A DNA stretch of 63,684 bases, counting the filler, from Stramenopiles sp. TOSAG23-6 (taxonomy: Eukaryota): the NCBI GenBank assembly GCA_900128565.1. It is 8 parts of 8 records of this genome, joined end to end, with 100 filler letters (N's around TTAATTAATTAA, not from the genome) between each part and the next. Parts side by side here need not be neighbours in the genome. Positions count along the whole stretch, not along the records: positions 35,629 to 47,366 come from LT636243.1; positions 47,467 to 59,182 come from LT636244.1; 6 more parts are not named here. One strand, given 5' to 3'. Below are positions 45,755 through 57,620 of the stretch, piece after piece. The notes below the pieces were generated by a model. It did no database searches, was not told the DNA's origin, and saw nothing but the letters and a program-made list of their open reading frames with translations. Numbering within the stretch: the stretch's first letter is position 1; every line of letters starts with the position of its first letter. The position numbers were made by a program, and so were the translations under genes.

Positions 45755-46927
45755 TTAGTGAACAAGTGAATCAATAATTAGCTTGTATCCTTCCTTTACA
45801 GGCACTTCTGGATTTATTACAGATTTGCACAGATCCAAAACACTTTCTAATCCCATAATAGGTACTAACGCCAGTAATGCCTGGAAGTCCGCGACGCGAG
45901 CTGCGTGCGGTTGTCTTGAACAGTTTACTAAACGACTTCTAAGAGCGGCATTGGGTAAAGGCGTATTCTCTCTATTCGCAATCGGAAAAGTGCATGTTAA
46001 TCCAGAGACTTTGTGCTGGACGATAGCTACTACGCTTAAAAAATATGAAGTACTTACTGCAGTGGCAGGTTTGCCTTCCACTAACGCGGTAAATGTTTCA
46101 CTAACTTTACAGCAACCAGGTTTCTCCTCATGTTCTAAGAGAGCTCCCGCATCTGTCATTTGAAGGCATAGTGGACTGCACTGAAATGCATCAAATTCGG
46201 CCATGCCTTCTGCATTTGCTGTAACTACAACAGTAACAAATTTACATTTATCTACATTGCTTAGTGAGCCACCACACGCTTCCATTTGTTGTTCTGCCGA
46301 CTCTAAAAGTTCGAAAGCTGTAAATCGATATTCATCGTCTTCATCACTATTCTCGGAATCACTGGAAGCATTTCGATATGGATGACTAAATATCCATCCT
46401 ACTTTTTGCAACCCCAGACTTGAAGCTACCTGCAACACACTATCTAAAGGTAAATCATCAGGAGTATATTCACTTAAACATAATTCTCCGGAAGCATCAA
46501 CCTTTTGTGGAGGTTCATAAATTACATCAACTATCGTTTTTGAGTTTTCTTCGTCATATCGACCAAAAAGGTATCCGCAACGTGGCGCAAAGGCATACGA
46601 ACGAACATACATCTGGAAAACGTTACAAGCATCGCCATTCAGAGAAACTTGTTTACAAACAGATTCCTTAGGAGCAGTAACTTTGAAGTTGTACTGGGCA
46701 TCCAATGCAGCAAACTCTGCCAGAGTCCAGTGCATTTTCATAGAACGAAGGTCCCTCAATCCAGGCCGAAACCCTTTCTTTGTAGCAGCAGTTTCAAAAT
46801 CTTGGGGTAAAATAACACCTCCTTTACCAATAGTTTTCTTTACTCCTTTTGAAGTGATGTGTACCATTTCATTTGATACGGTATCGCTGGTGTGTAAATA
46901 TAAAAGATCCCCATGACCTAATCCCAA
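45755..46927 (-). CDS. NPL4: Nuclear protein localization 4 (NPL4), 5'-partial
   Basis: LGHGDLLYL, RCGYLFGRY, VDVIYEPPQ, LQKVGWIFSH, FPIANR. Confidence 0.9.
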   Translation of the reverse strand: MGLGHGDLLYLHTSDTVSNEMVHITSKGVKKTIGKGGVILPQDFETAATKKGFRPGLRDLRSMKMHWTLAEFAALDAQYNFKVTAPKESVCKQVSLNGDACNVFQMYVRSYAFAPRCGYLFGRYDEENSKTIVDVIYEPPQKVDASGELCLSEYTPDDLPLDSVLQVASSLGLQKVGWIFSHPYRNASSDSENSDEDDEYRFTAFELLESAEQQMEACGGSLSNVDKCKFVTVVVTANAEGMAEFDAFQCSPLCLQMTDAGALLEHEEKPGCCKVSETFTALVEGKPATAVSTSYFLSVVAIVQHKVSGLTCTFPIANRENTPLPNAALRSRLVNCSRQPHAARVADFQALLALVPIMGLESVLDLCKSVINPEVPVKEGYKLIIDSLVH

Positions 46928-46977
46928 ATGTAATGTGAATATATATATATATATTTGTTTTTTGGAAAATAATTCGT
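46928..46977 (-). mobile_element. Probable introner-like intron, 3' end only (ends AT)
   Basis: ...atattcacattac-at|ttg gga. Confidence 0.55.
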
Positions 46978-47466
46978 NNNNNNNNNNNNNNNNNNNNNNN
47001 NNNNNNNNNNNNNNNNNNNNNNNNNNNNNNNNNNNNNNNNNNNNNNNNNNNNNNNNNNNNNNNNNNNNNNNNNNNNNNNNNNNNNNNNNNNNNNNNNNNN
47101 NNNNNNTCTGTCTTGCTTCTTCTTTATGCAATACGTCTATCGGAATAATAATTTAGTACTATAAAGAAGTCGAAGGCAGAGAGGTCTCTTTGGGGGTTCC
47201 ATCCATGTCAAAAAATCGGACGCTGACCTCGGACAGACCTGCCTTGAAGAAGATTTTTTTCAAAATTTCAAATTTCAAATCGACTTATCAGATTATCTAA
47301 TATTATATCCAAAAGAACACTGAAGTAGCTACAAGTGAGTGCTTACAAACATACAAATATATCATGNNNNNNNNNNNNNNNNNNNNNNNNNNNNNNNNNN
47401 NNNNNNNNNNTTAATTAATTAANNNNNNNNNNNNNNNNNNNNNNNNNNNNNNNNNNNNNNNNNNNN

Positions 47467-48451
47467 AACAGGACCAACACCAAAGGTCTGGTCAACAAAT
47501 ACTAGAGAATTGATTGATGAGTTATCACCTGGTAACACTATGCTATTCAGAAATCAAGAATCAATTGAAAGATTCTTTACAGAGTTAGAGCATAAAGTAA
47601 ACGAATTGAAAGAAACCGTGGATAGTCTCAATGCTCGCAGAAGTAGAGAAAAAGTAACTCAGGAGTACTACGACAAGGAAATAAAGCCACTTACAGCAGA
47701 TCTAGAGGCACGGACTGCTCGTCTAGAAAAGGCCAAGAACTATCCAACGTTAACTATTTTAGAAGCCAAGGGCTTAGATTTCAAAAGAGTTGTACTTGTG
47801 AATTTCTTTTCGTATGCTGATGCAAAATACTGCAAGTTGTTTAGAAGTATATTTCAAGGACATGATGTTGAGGAAGTAATCAGGGAAGATCCTGGCCTTC
47901 TTGATGGGGCACGCAATGAGTTCCGATTGTTATATGTCGCCATGACCCGAAGTATCACAGAACTCTACATTGTTGAAACGTTGGAGAATGAATGCCAGAA
48001 ACAGGCTTTTCAGTTTTTAACAAGGGCTACAAATTCATCAGAGTCAGCAGAAAAATTATTTCAGAGCTATGCACCAACTGAAGAAGGCCCAAAAGGTAGC
48101 TTACATACATTGCGAATAAGCTCATCCGAGCTTATTCGCCAAGGTTCTTATTTGATGTCAATGGCTTTGGAAGGGAGCCGGAGAATTGAGGCTGCAAACA
48201 ACTATATGGCACAAGCAAAGAAAATGTTTACATTAGCGAAACGACAAGATTTATCTGACCAAGTTGATCGATTCTTATCATGTGATTCGTTACCAGAAGA
48301 CGTTGATGAAGAAACATTTCTGGAATATATTGAGAATTGCTTAGAAGCAGGTTTGCACGGTAAATTATTGGATGCTCTTAAGAAGAAGGATTTTCCATAT
48401 CCCAAATATTTTGTCGATAAAGTTCAAGATAGAATACGAATGCTCAAATAA
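47467..48451 (+). CDS. UvrD-like (SF1) helicase C-terminal region, TRANK1-like, 5'-partial
   Basis: TILEAKGLDFKRVVLVNFF and RLLYVAMTRSITELYIVE motifs. Confidence 0.8.
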
Positions 48452-48835
48452 ATTCTAGTAGGTAACACAGTATTAGGTATCGTTTTATTGGTTGCAATTG
48501 TCCGTTGATATGCACAAAAAGAATAAATAAAAAAACAGTAAAAAACTAAAATATAGAACAACAAAATTTATTTCTTCATGATCTGAGATCACATTTTATT
48601 ATTATTTGGCATTTAGTACGAATAATGAGTACAATCATAAAACCGAATATTTAACGTAAAAAAATAGAAAAAAATCGCGCGTCATTTATTTTTGATTGAT
48701 GCGTGCCGGAGAATTTGGAGACGAGACATCGACATTAATTGGTATAACGCGACAATTACATGTAGGGAAACAAAACAAGTGAGTCTACTGCGTTTCTATC
48801 CTAGATTCACCATTCATTATTCATAAATTGCGTTT

Positions 48836-49540
48836 ATGTTACACGTTTGTCTAGACACGCTCAAAAGTCTAGCGCTTCTATACGTTATTGTAAAATTATG
48901 CTCTCTAGTCCTGCGCGTGGGTATAAAAGGTCTCATAAAAGTCTTTGCGGATGGTGTTTTAGGTTCCGTTGGGAAAGTGGTTCCAGGAATAATGGATGTG
49001 ATTCTAAAAAAAGCCATCGCAACAGAATTAATAGAAATTGAGAAGAGCTTATTAGGTGATGGTGACCCTGAAGCGAACATTTCTATTCCAATAACAGGAA
49101 TATCGAGCGACAACATCTTAGATTTGGCAAGGTCTCAAAAAGATTTGCAAGAGAAGTTTAAAAATGGTACGAAATGGGGTGGCATTTACCATGATGAATA
49201 CAAAGTAGATGGCGACCATCTCAGTAAGCTACAGAGCAAACTTTGGCAAATGTTTAACAATTCTAATTGCTTATATCCCGACATCTTTCCAGGTATTCGT
49301 AAATTTGAGGCTGAAATCACACAGATGGTGTTGACAATGGTCAATGGCAAAGACAAAGCTGTCGGCTTACTCTCAAGTGGAGGGACAGAAAGCATTATGC
49401 TTGCTGTGCTTGCATATCGAGAACAAGGTTTAAATGCTGGTATAAAAAAACCAGAAATTATTGCATCTATAACAGCTCATCCTGCTCTTTACAAAGCATG
49501 CAAGTATTTCCAAGTGAAACTTGTAAAGGTAAACACAGAT
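48836..49540 (+). CDS. SGPL1: Sphingosine-1-phosphate lyase N-terminal part (PLP-dependent)
   Basis: SNCLYPDIFPGIRKFEAEI, SSGGTESIMLA, TAHPALYKACKYF. Confidence 0.85.
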
Positions 49541-49630
49541 GTACGTTTTCAAAAAGTAAATGTTTTTTTTTTATAGAAAATTTCGTACCTAACAAAAAAA
49601 ATGAAATTTTTTTTTTTTTTCACAATACAT
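49541..49630 (+). mobile_element. Introner-like intron GT..AT, flanks at/at
   Basis: aca gat|gtacgtttt...cacaatac-at|gag. Confidence 0.85.
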
Positions 49631-50161
49631 GAGGATTTATTAGGTGAGACACTTGAAGCGAAAAATGAATTTGACTTGACTTCAAAACATACTGCTGTAA
49701 AAGTTACAAATTTAATTCAGGAATGGTCCTATTTAGATATTTCAAATTGGAATGAAAATACATCAAATGGAACTTTCTCCATTGAAATTGAAGATGAGGT
49801 GGATGAAGATGGTCAAAATGTTGAAACAACCGAAACACGATATGTGTTTGAAGTTATTAATGACCCGAGCGACTCGTCTTCAGGCAATAATCATGGTAAG
49901 AAGTATAGACAATGCGTGAATGCGGATGTGATTGATGCATTGACATTTGGAGCTGAAGATTTTCTCAGTGAACAAGGAGCAAATGATAAAGATCAATACT
50001 TCATATGCCTTGTTCGCGAAACGAGTGTGCTTCATCCTAATGTTCCCCAAGGAAAACGTGTTCAACTTCGTATTTGTCGTCAAACAGTTGAAGTTTGGGG
50101 GATAGAAGATGAAGTTGCAGAAGATTCTCTACAATATGACATTGAAATGGAGAGTGATTGA
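49631..50161 (+). CDS. Acidic C-terminal exon apparently unrelated to SGPL1
   Basis: Open 176 codons after the intron; no PLP-lysine region recognisable. Confidence 0.55.
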   Translation, partial: EDLLGETLEAKNEFDLTSKHTAVKVTNLIQEWSYLDISNWNENTSNGTFSIEIEDEVDEDGQNVETTETRYVFEVINDPSDSSSGNNHGKKYRQCVNADVIDALTFGAEDFLSEQGANDKDQYFICLVRETSVLHPNVPQGKRVQLRICRQTVEVWGIEDEVAEDSLQYDIEMESD

Positions 50162-50251
50162 GATTAAATAAAAATGCCATAAAAATAAAATAAATTTATG
50201 ATTTTAAAATACAACGCACCTCGAACCCTCGAACTTTGGTCCTTCTAGAAT

Positions 50252-51439
50252 TTAATCAACCTCTTCGTCAAAGTCTTGCTCTCCAACAAGATCAGGCATA
50301 TCATCATCATCGTCTGAAGAGGAATCATATGATGCTTGAGCATTCATACCACCCATGCCCATCTTTTCTTGAAACTTCATCATTACTTTCAAAACATCTG
50401 GGTCTGACATTAAACTCGCGTCAGGCGGTCCTCCACTCATCATTGCTGAAAATGCTTTTTGTACATTTGGTTTTGATAATAATTTTACAATTTCAGGATC
50501 GTTCATCAATCCAGCGAGCCCCGGAGGCAAACCACCCCCCATACCTGATTTTTTGTGAAAAATATTTTCAAAATTAAATTAAATGTTGGATTTTGGAAAA
50601 ATTAAAGAACAAAAAACAATCACGATTCATAGTTGAAGCATACGCATACTCTGTCCCATTGGCGGCATACCGCCTCCCATTGGCGGCATACTCTGTTTCT
50701 GTGAAGCTTCAGCTTCACGTCGTTTCCGTTCCGCTGCAGCTCTTTCTCTTTGAGCAATCTTCTCAGCTTCTGCTTTCCTCTCATTTTCAATTCTTTTCTG
50801 ATTCTGACGATCTTGAATTTTCTTAGCATGACTTTCAACTTCTTTCAATAACACAGCTGTTTCAGGATCATAGTCTACGCGTTGAGCGTCTCTGAGGTCA
50901 GTAGCTGCGTCAACCCATTTTCCGAGCATTCTATATGCCTTTCCTCTTATCTTTTTTGACTTCGCAGAGTCTGGATTTTGTTTGAGCGCAGCAGTTGTAT
51001 CCGATATTGCTGCATTTGGTCGAGGTGGAGAGCACTGAAGGAGTACCCCAGCACGTTTTGCTAAAGTGAGCACACTTGCTTGACTATCCAATGCTTTAGA
51101 GTAACATTCAACAGCTTTGACGTAGTCTTTCTGAGAAATGGCTGCTAAAGCATCTTGCTTGAACTGAGCAGCAGCCTCCCAATTATCACTATCACCACCA
51201 AATGTAGGAATTTTTGGGAATGGACGCTCATCGGGGGTGACACAACCATCATCCAAGCTTTCGTCACTAGATGGCTCTTCAGCAACAGGAGCTGGTAAGG
51301 TAGCGTTGATTCCTTGTAAATATTCTTTAAAAAATTCCAACTTCTTGTGATGAACAATAGTTGGACTCTCTGATAAATGTTTTACAAGAGTTTTTAAAGA
51401 AGAAATGTGGTCATCAGAAATTTCGGAGGGTAAAGACAT
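50252..51439 (-). CDS. ST13: Hsc70-interacting protein (Hip/ST13); one intron 50545..50643 (or ..50649)
   Basis: N-terminal dimerisation region (LEFFKEYL), TPRs (RPNAAI.D..AL..NPDSAK), GGMP repeats, STI1 (LMNDPEI). Confidence 0.9.
50545..50643 (-). other. GT..AG intron with degenerate family-like 3' end
   Basis: gtatgc...gaaaatatttttcacaaaaaatc-ag|gt atg; donor may be 50649. Confidence 0.65.
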
Positions 51440-51870
51440 CGATAACGAAGTTTAAATATGTAAACTACACAATATATTGTTATTAGCGTTGTATTAATAG
51501 TGCATTAATAGTAGCCGATACTGTCGTCAAAAGTCGAAACACCAATAGTAATAATAATAATGAAATCGTTTTGGCCAATCAAATCGTGCAATCGTGTCGG
51601 CCATCTCGTCGCGCAAACCTGCTCCAATAAGTTTTATAACCGTTATTATTTCGTCTCTGTTGTGTTTTAACGAACATACTGTAAGGGTACCGGAACTTGT
51701 CCTCTACTCAGGATATAATAATAGTATAGCACCACTAGCTACACAAGGTGACGAATAAGTATACTTTAAATTGTATATGCTAGAAAATTAGAAGCATCGA
51801 TGAACTTAAAATTTTCATCCTCTGAATAGTACAATAGATATTGAATCTAAAATTATTTGCGAGGTTGAAG

Positions 51871-54800
51871 ATGCATTTTCAGAAAGTAATGAGTAAAAAT
51901 TACTCAAAAAATTTGTCTACTCGTCGTTATTATTCTAATAACAGCATAGAAACGAAAATTGAAAATCCAACCGTCAATAATAATGAAAATGTTGTAAAAG
52001 ACGTAGAAACTCAAATAGAACTAGAACAAGATGTCCAGCTTATAAAGTCTTCAAAGGTATCGGCAGAGTTGAAGGAAGTCCTAAAAGATTGCAGAATGAG
52101 ACTACACAAATTGCAGTTCAATAAATCCATATCTGATAGTTTCGAACTTCGCAGATACAGTCGGTTCCATGGTTATGGTCGTTTTGCTGTTCATATACTT
52201 TACATGGGCTTTTCTTGCTTTGAAACCCCATCATGGGTACAACATATGAACAAAGAGGTTTTTAAAAGACGTTATTACTTCCACAGTACTACTGTGGAAG
52301 AAATATGGCTTACTGATGACCAAGCTAAGTATATTGAACTAACATTTCTACTATTAGAAGGCTATTTTGTGTTTTATTTTTTTCGGATCGTGCTAAATAA
52401 TATTTTAAAGGATCATAAGGAAAAGATCTCAAAGAAACAAAAAAATAATGACAAATATATTGCTTTACTTATATGGCGTTACTCACATTGGGCAATTATT
52501 GAGGTTCTTCTACTAGTGATTGCTTTCACTTTCGCCGGACTACGCTTTGGAGGAATAATTTCAAATTTTCCGAACCATTTGTTAAGACCAATGTTTTTTG
52601 TGGTGTGCACTAGTTCAATACGAAAAGTGACGACATTTTTGATTCAAATATTAGGAAAATTGATAAATCCTGTGCTACTGCTATTTTATTCAACATTTGC
52701 AGTTGCATTCTTTGCTACTTTACTGCATAATAAAAACACAGGATTTTACCCCGTAACAAGCTCCGAACTTCATCTTGACATTTGGTCATCTTTTAAATTG
52801 CATTTTAGAGCAGTAACTGTAGTCAACTTTCCATTTGCATTCGTTTATGAATATGAAGAATACTATTGGACTTCATTAAGATGGATGGCTTTAATGTTTT
52901 TTGGGAAGTGGTACATTCTCCCAGTAATCTTAGCTATTTGTGTATCTAATTTTATTAAAAATTATAATCAAACTCTCATGTCAAATACTGAGTTAATGAA
53001 GAATCATGGAATACTTCTTGTTTTCGAAAAACTTGATTGCCAAGAAGAAGGCAAAATTTCATTTTTTTTAGTTCACGACCTACTTTTTGGAATAATGAAC
53101 GAAACAAAATTGAAAAGACTAATGCTAGGAAAGGACGAAGAAAATATGACTCAAATTAAAAAGAATGTACTTGATGATAAGGCAGCTCGTGGAAATAATG
53201 AAATGAAAAAAAATACAAAACAGCAAATTGAACTTGCATTAGTCAAAACTATTATAGCTAAAACGATACTTGCAGAATCTTTAAAAACTCCAAAGGGGAA
53301 TCCTTCAAATTCTGCAGATGATAATTTTGAAAAGTTCAGAAACATTCAGACTACTGACATTGAAGAGAGCACCACAGAAGCTACAAAAATTGTAGAAGGA
53401 CAGCTGAAACTTACGCCTATGGAAATTGCAAAAGCTGCCAATACTGGTTATAATTATGATGATGTAACAGATATCGTTGATCACCATTTGAATTGTGTGG
53501 AAAGTGAAAATTTGCTTGATGAAAATTCCAAAATGAATGTTGAAAATACTAAAGTGGATGTTGAATATACCAAAGTGAACAAACACACTCATCAGAAAAA
53601 AAATACCAAAGGGTATAGAAATTCAAAACTTGAGACGCTAAAAGATAATAGCAAAATTGCTATTGACAATAATAACAAAACTGCTGTTGACTTTTTCCAA
53701 AGATCAAATTTAAGCTATGATACAATAGTTACTCCGCGCGAGTTTTTAAATTTTTGTCATCTCTTTTTTTCGCTGGACAAGAAAACTGGTAAAAAGCTAC
53801 GAAGAAAAGAGGAATTACTGGAAATGTTATCAAACAGATTTCTTCCTGGTGATGGCAAGAACTCCTGTTGCAAAAAATTCAGTGATTTAGTACTTCTTAA
53901 ATCTTGTAGAAACAAGAGCAAGCACAAAGCATGGTTTCGTTTCTTGGAAGATTTGCTCATAGGTCCAAGATACTTGAGAATTATAAAAAATGATCCCGTA
54001 TTTGCAAATATGGTCTACGAAGTTGCCATTATAATACTTATTTTGGTTTATTTTTTTCATATGTTTAGAATATTTTTCGATTTTAAATATCAAGAGGATC
54101 ATGATGTGGTTATAGATTTGGTTAGAGGTGAAATGCCATTCACACTACTATTTTTAATAGAGTTTTACGTGAAACTATTCGTGCTTGGTTGGGAACTATA
54201 CATAGTGAACCCTAAACACCAATTTGACTTTGCAGCTATCATAATCAGTGGAACAATATATATAGTGTGTATCATATTGTACAATCTAAGTGGAATGACA
54301 AGTTTTGCAGCTCTTCAAACAATTGTGCTTTTGATGGGAATAACATGTCTCGCCCGCTTCTTCCGTATTATCTTTGCTTGGCAACCTTTTTATTTTCTGG
54401 TGGCTATCCTTGGTGATGTTAAGCATGAACTTCTGCTAATTCTGGGATTGATGCTTGCTTTATTTATGTTTTTCTGTGTTATAGGAATGGAGGTCTTCGG
54501 AGGTCTTATTTACCTGAGTAAAGATGGGTTTAATGAACCTTCATGGTACGCGAATAGTGAAGCTTGCACCAACAAAAAGGATTATGCTGTTTTTAATTTT
54601 AATGATGTTCGTTCTTCTTTTATAACAATCTTTGTTCATTTAGTCACTCCTTTTTATTTGTCTAACTGTTATGCGAGCTTGACCTCTCCTTGGGCAAACC
54701 TTTACTTCTTCTCTGCTTGGTTACTACTTTCTATTTTAGCGATTCGGGCAAGTATTTCACTTTTTATGCATGGGTATTGGAAACGTGCACTTAGGGATCC

Positions 54801-54972
54801 CGGATACGTAAACTACTGTGCTTCTGATGAAAAATATTTTCTAGGCACACATAAACCTCCTTGGTTGGTTCTTTTGAAAAAACTAGAAAGCAGTCGACAA
54901 TATACTATGCGGAAAGATTGGGCTAGACAGAAGTTGAGAGAATTCATTAAAAAGAGAAAATCTCTCGTATGA
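51871..54972 (+). CDS. Two-pore channel (TPC)-like cation channel
   Basis: FETPSW; two 6-TM repeats; pore-like TVVNFP; IGMEVFGG..FNFND; intronless. Confidence 0.8.
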   Translation: MHFQKVMSKNYSKNLSTRRYYSNNSIETKIENPTVNNNENVVKDVETQIELEQDVQLIKSSKVSAELKEVLKDCRMRLHKLQFNKSISDSFELRRYSRFHGYGRFAVHILYMGFSCFETPSWVQHMNKEVFKRRYYFHSTTVEEIWLTDDQAKYIELTFLLLEGYFVFYFFRIVLNNILKDHKEKISKKQKNNDKYIALLIWRYSHWAIIEVLLLVIAFTFAGLRFGGIISNFPNHLLRPMFFVVCTSSIRKVTTFLIQILGKLINPVLLLFYSTFAVAFFATLLHNKNTGFYPVTSSELHLDIWSSFKLHFRAVTVVNFPFAFVYEYEEYYWTSLRWMALMFFGKWYILPVILAICVSNFIKNYNQTLMSNTELMKNHGILLVFEKLDCQEEGKISFFLVHDLLFGIMNETKLKRLMLGKDEENMTQIKKNVLDDKAARGNNEMKKNTKQQIELALVKTIIAKTILAESLKTPKGNPSNSADDNFEKFRNIQTTDIEESTTEATKIVEGQLKLTPMEIAKAANTGYNYDDVTDIVDHHLNCVESENLLDENSKMNVENTKVDVEYTKVNKHTHQKKNTKGYRNSKLETLKDNSKIAIDNNNKTAVDFFQRSNLSYDTIVTPREFLNFCHLFFSLDKKTGKKLRRKEELLEMLSNRFLPGDGKNSCCKKFSDLVLLKSCRNKSKHKAWFRFLEDLLIGPRYLRIIKNDPVFANMVYEVAIIILILVYFFHMFRIFFDFKYQEDHDVVIDLVRGEMPFTLLFLIEFYVKLFVLGWELYIVNPKHQFDFAAIIISGTIYIVCIILYNLSGMTSFAALQTIVLLMGITCLARFFRIIFAWQPFYFLVAILGDVKHELLLILGLMLALFMFFCVIGMEVFGGLIYLSKDGFNEPSWYANSEACTNKKDYAVFNFNDVRSSFITIFVHLVTPFYLSNCYASLTSPWANLYFFSAWLLLSILAIRASISLFMHGYWKRALRDPGYVNYCASDEKYFLGTHKPPWLVLLKKLESSRQYTMRKDWARQKLREFIKKRKSLV

Positions 54973-56110
54973 ATATTATAGGCACGAAGTTGAGATATAT
55001 GGCCATATAGAAACTCCACTAGACACCAATGGCTTATCATTAAATTATTTCTTCCCTCCTTTTCCCATAAATAGAAGTAATAAATGGTATAAGTTGCGAT
55101 ACTTTATAATTGGATTGAAATTTTAAAACTAAATTTTAAAAACACAAATTTTTCACTTATCTTCATTGCAGACCGTTGCAACGTATTCATGAAGAAGTCT
55201 CCAGAGAAGTTCCTTTAAAGATCTACCCTGGAATCCATTTTAAAACTCATTTACACTTTTAAATGTTATATTGCTTATTTTTTGGATAGGTATTTTGAAG
55301 AAAAACCTTCTCAAAGAAATATTATTTATGTAAACACTCTGCTACGAGTAGATAGAAAGAACTAACTCAAGAATTCAACATAAATTTATTAGTTTTCTGG
55401 CTCGAGCCAATACACACAACTTTTATACTCGAAGCTCCCTACAAAGAAATACTTGATAAGTTTTACTAATTGAAAGAGTCAGAACTATTCAAAATATTAC
55501 CAAATCATCAAACATCTTTTTCCATGTCAAAATGCTTACTCAATGTAAACCAAGTTTAAAAAACAATGCAACGAAAAAACAAGTACCTCCAAATAATAAA
55601 AAAATTGTTGCGGGTTCCATTATAAATAAGTTATAATATACGATTATTCGACCTCTGGTGGCGATGCTTTTAATATTTTGAGAAATTACAATAGTGATAC
55701 CGTAACAACACAGAGTAGCTTGTAAAGAATCATTGCGATTGATCACTGGATACTAGCTGTTATATTTTGAGTAGAACCCTAACCCTACGTAATCTATCAA
55801 GCATCCTTGAATCTACTATATAGTTCCCTTAATTATTTCCCCTGAAAGAAGCGCATCTATATTATGTACTAGTGACAAGAATGAAAACGCCAGAAGTTAA
55901 AGGACTATAAAATCAACTCAAAGGAGATCTATTTTTTTGTGGAATATGGCAATGTAACAATAGAAAGTTTATGGTTGTAAAACTAGTCAATATTTTTTGG
56001 TCATTCCAAATTGCTTTTAATCTTAACTATGTAGATTATAAATTGATAATAACTATTTATCACATGATAATCTAAAACTTTTAATAATGAATTGTGATAT
56101 TAATTATGAT

Positions 56111-56410
56111 TTACATAAAAACAGCTTGTCCTAAAGTTGTCTGTCCTATATTAACAGACTCGAGCACTTCGATTTCTACAACGCTGTTTCCTCGAATCAG
56201 TACCATACCAATTGGTTTTTTATCGTGCTGACTACGCACTTCTACACTCTCGTCGACAACCAAATTCATGAACATATCAAACCCACGAAGATATCCTACA
56301 ACGATGCGTTCCTTATTCATTGTTATTCGAAGACGCTTTTCCATTAATTTTTTGAGTTCTGGCATATCTCGCCGACGACCATTATTATCAGTAGTAGATG
56401 GTAACACCAT
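56111..56410 (-). CDS. SNRPG: Small nuclear ribonucleoprotein G (SmG)
   Basis: PELKKLMEK..GYLRGFDMFMNLVVDE..IGMVLIRGNSV. Confidence 0.9.
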   Translation of the reverse strand: MVLPSTTDNNGRRRDMPELKKLMEKRLRITMNKERIVVGYLRGFDMFMNLVVDESVEVRSQHDKKPIGMVLIRGNSVVEIEVLESVNIGQTTLGQAVFM

Positions 56411-56859
56411 TTTTCTGTATCTATAATAACAAACTGCTATATGCTACTAATTCAAACGGTTGAAAGCTTAACACTTTGTCAAATTACACTCTACTTTATT
56501 AGAGAGTGCTAAGGCAACGCAGCATGTAAAAAATACCTCGACTAAAGTTTCCAAATTGCACCACTCCAGTTTTTGCTAAAGCGCTGCAAACGCGACTCTC
56601 TCGACTCGAGTCAACGCGAACGCAAAGACACGAAATCGAAATCTCTCAAAAATTGAGTTGTGTGGTGGTCATAAATTATTAATGTTTGACATCATCATCA
56701 TTATGAATTCTCCTTGCTATTCAAATGTTATTAAGCGAACGGAAAATATGAAGAGAATGCCCCCACAATGAATATTATTGTTCTAGTACTGAGTTAGTTA
56801 ATTATTTTGATATACTTTTTTAAAGTATCTTTGGTACCTGTTGAACGCCATTCAAATTT

Positions 56860-57399
56860 ATGTTTTTTTGTCGACGACGTGTCACTTTCCAACGTTTTGC
56901 ACGTTTTTTCTCAACGGCACAGAATAAAAATACACCCAATATTCCTAAAACTACTGATGTAGCTACCGCTACTTTAAAACGGGAAAGTGTATTGCGTGAA
57001 GAATTGTATAACGCATCTGTTAATGGTGACCTTGGTAAAATTATGCAAATACAATCTCAGGGTGTGTACTTGTCTGATAAGTTCATTGCGGAAAAAAAGA
57101 AGAACGAAATAAATCTTAAAGAAACTTCTTATGGTCGTATATATCGCCGAAAAGATAATGGTAAATGGCAAGCACATGATACACAGGGTCAATATTGTGG
57201 CCAATTTGAAACTTTAGATCAAGGAATAAAAAAGCTGAAACTTCAATTTCAATCAAAGCAAAACTCACTTAAAACTTTTTCCGAGACACGTGAAGATCAT
57301 TCTTTAAACGCTGAAGATACTTCATTAAGCGGCACACAAAAGTTCAGAGCCGGGGTCATGTTATGTAGCTTATTAGCTATATTTTACACGTATACGTGA
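56860..57399 (+). CDS. Hypothetical protein with mitochondrial-type presequence and C-terminal TM
   Basis: MFFCRRRVTFQRFARFFST; hydrophobic tail. Confidence 0.55.
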   Translation: MFFCRRRVTFQRFARFFSTAQNKNTPNIPKTTDVATATLKRESVLREELYNASVNGDLGKIMQIQSQGVYLSDKFIAEKKKNEINLKETSYGRIYRRKDNGKWQAHDTQGQYCGQFETLDQGIKKLKLQFQSKQNSLKTFSETREDHSLNAEDTSLSGTQKFRAGVMLCSLLAIFYTYT

Positions 57400-57620
57400 G
57401 TTGAGTAAGTGAATAATATTTTGATGAGCACATAACGTGACCTGGGCAAGGAGAGCGATCGATTGGAGCAAGTTCAAACTTGCATCGTAAAGACAGAATA
57501 CAATTAATTAGAAACCATGGAGTTTTCGCACACGTTTATAAATTTGTAGCATGATAATACAATATTCTTCTTTTGGTTCCAAGATAATCACTCCAACAGT
57601 GAACATTTAAAGCTGTAGCA

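Noticed and set aside
47467-48451. UvrD-like helicase as the mobiliser of the introners (Helitron-like)
   Set aside because: Resembles cellular TRANK1-like helicases, sits on a separate contig, and Helitrons do not make target-site duplications. No transposase is visible in the window.
54973-56110. Long spacer with short ORF 55540..55746
   Set aside because: No recognisable coding, RNA-gene or repeat signal beyond one short telomeric insert.
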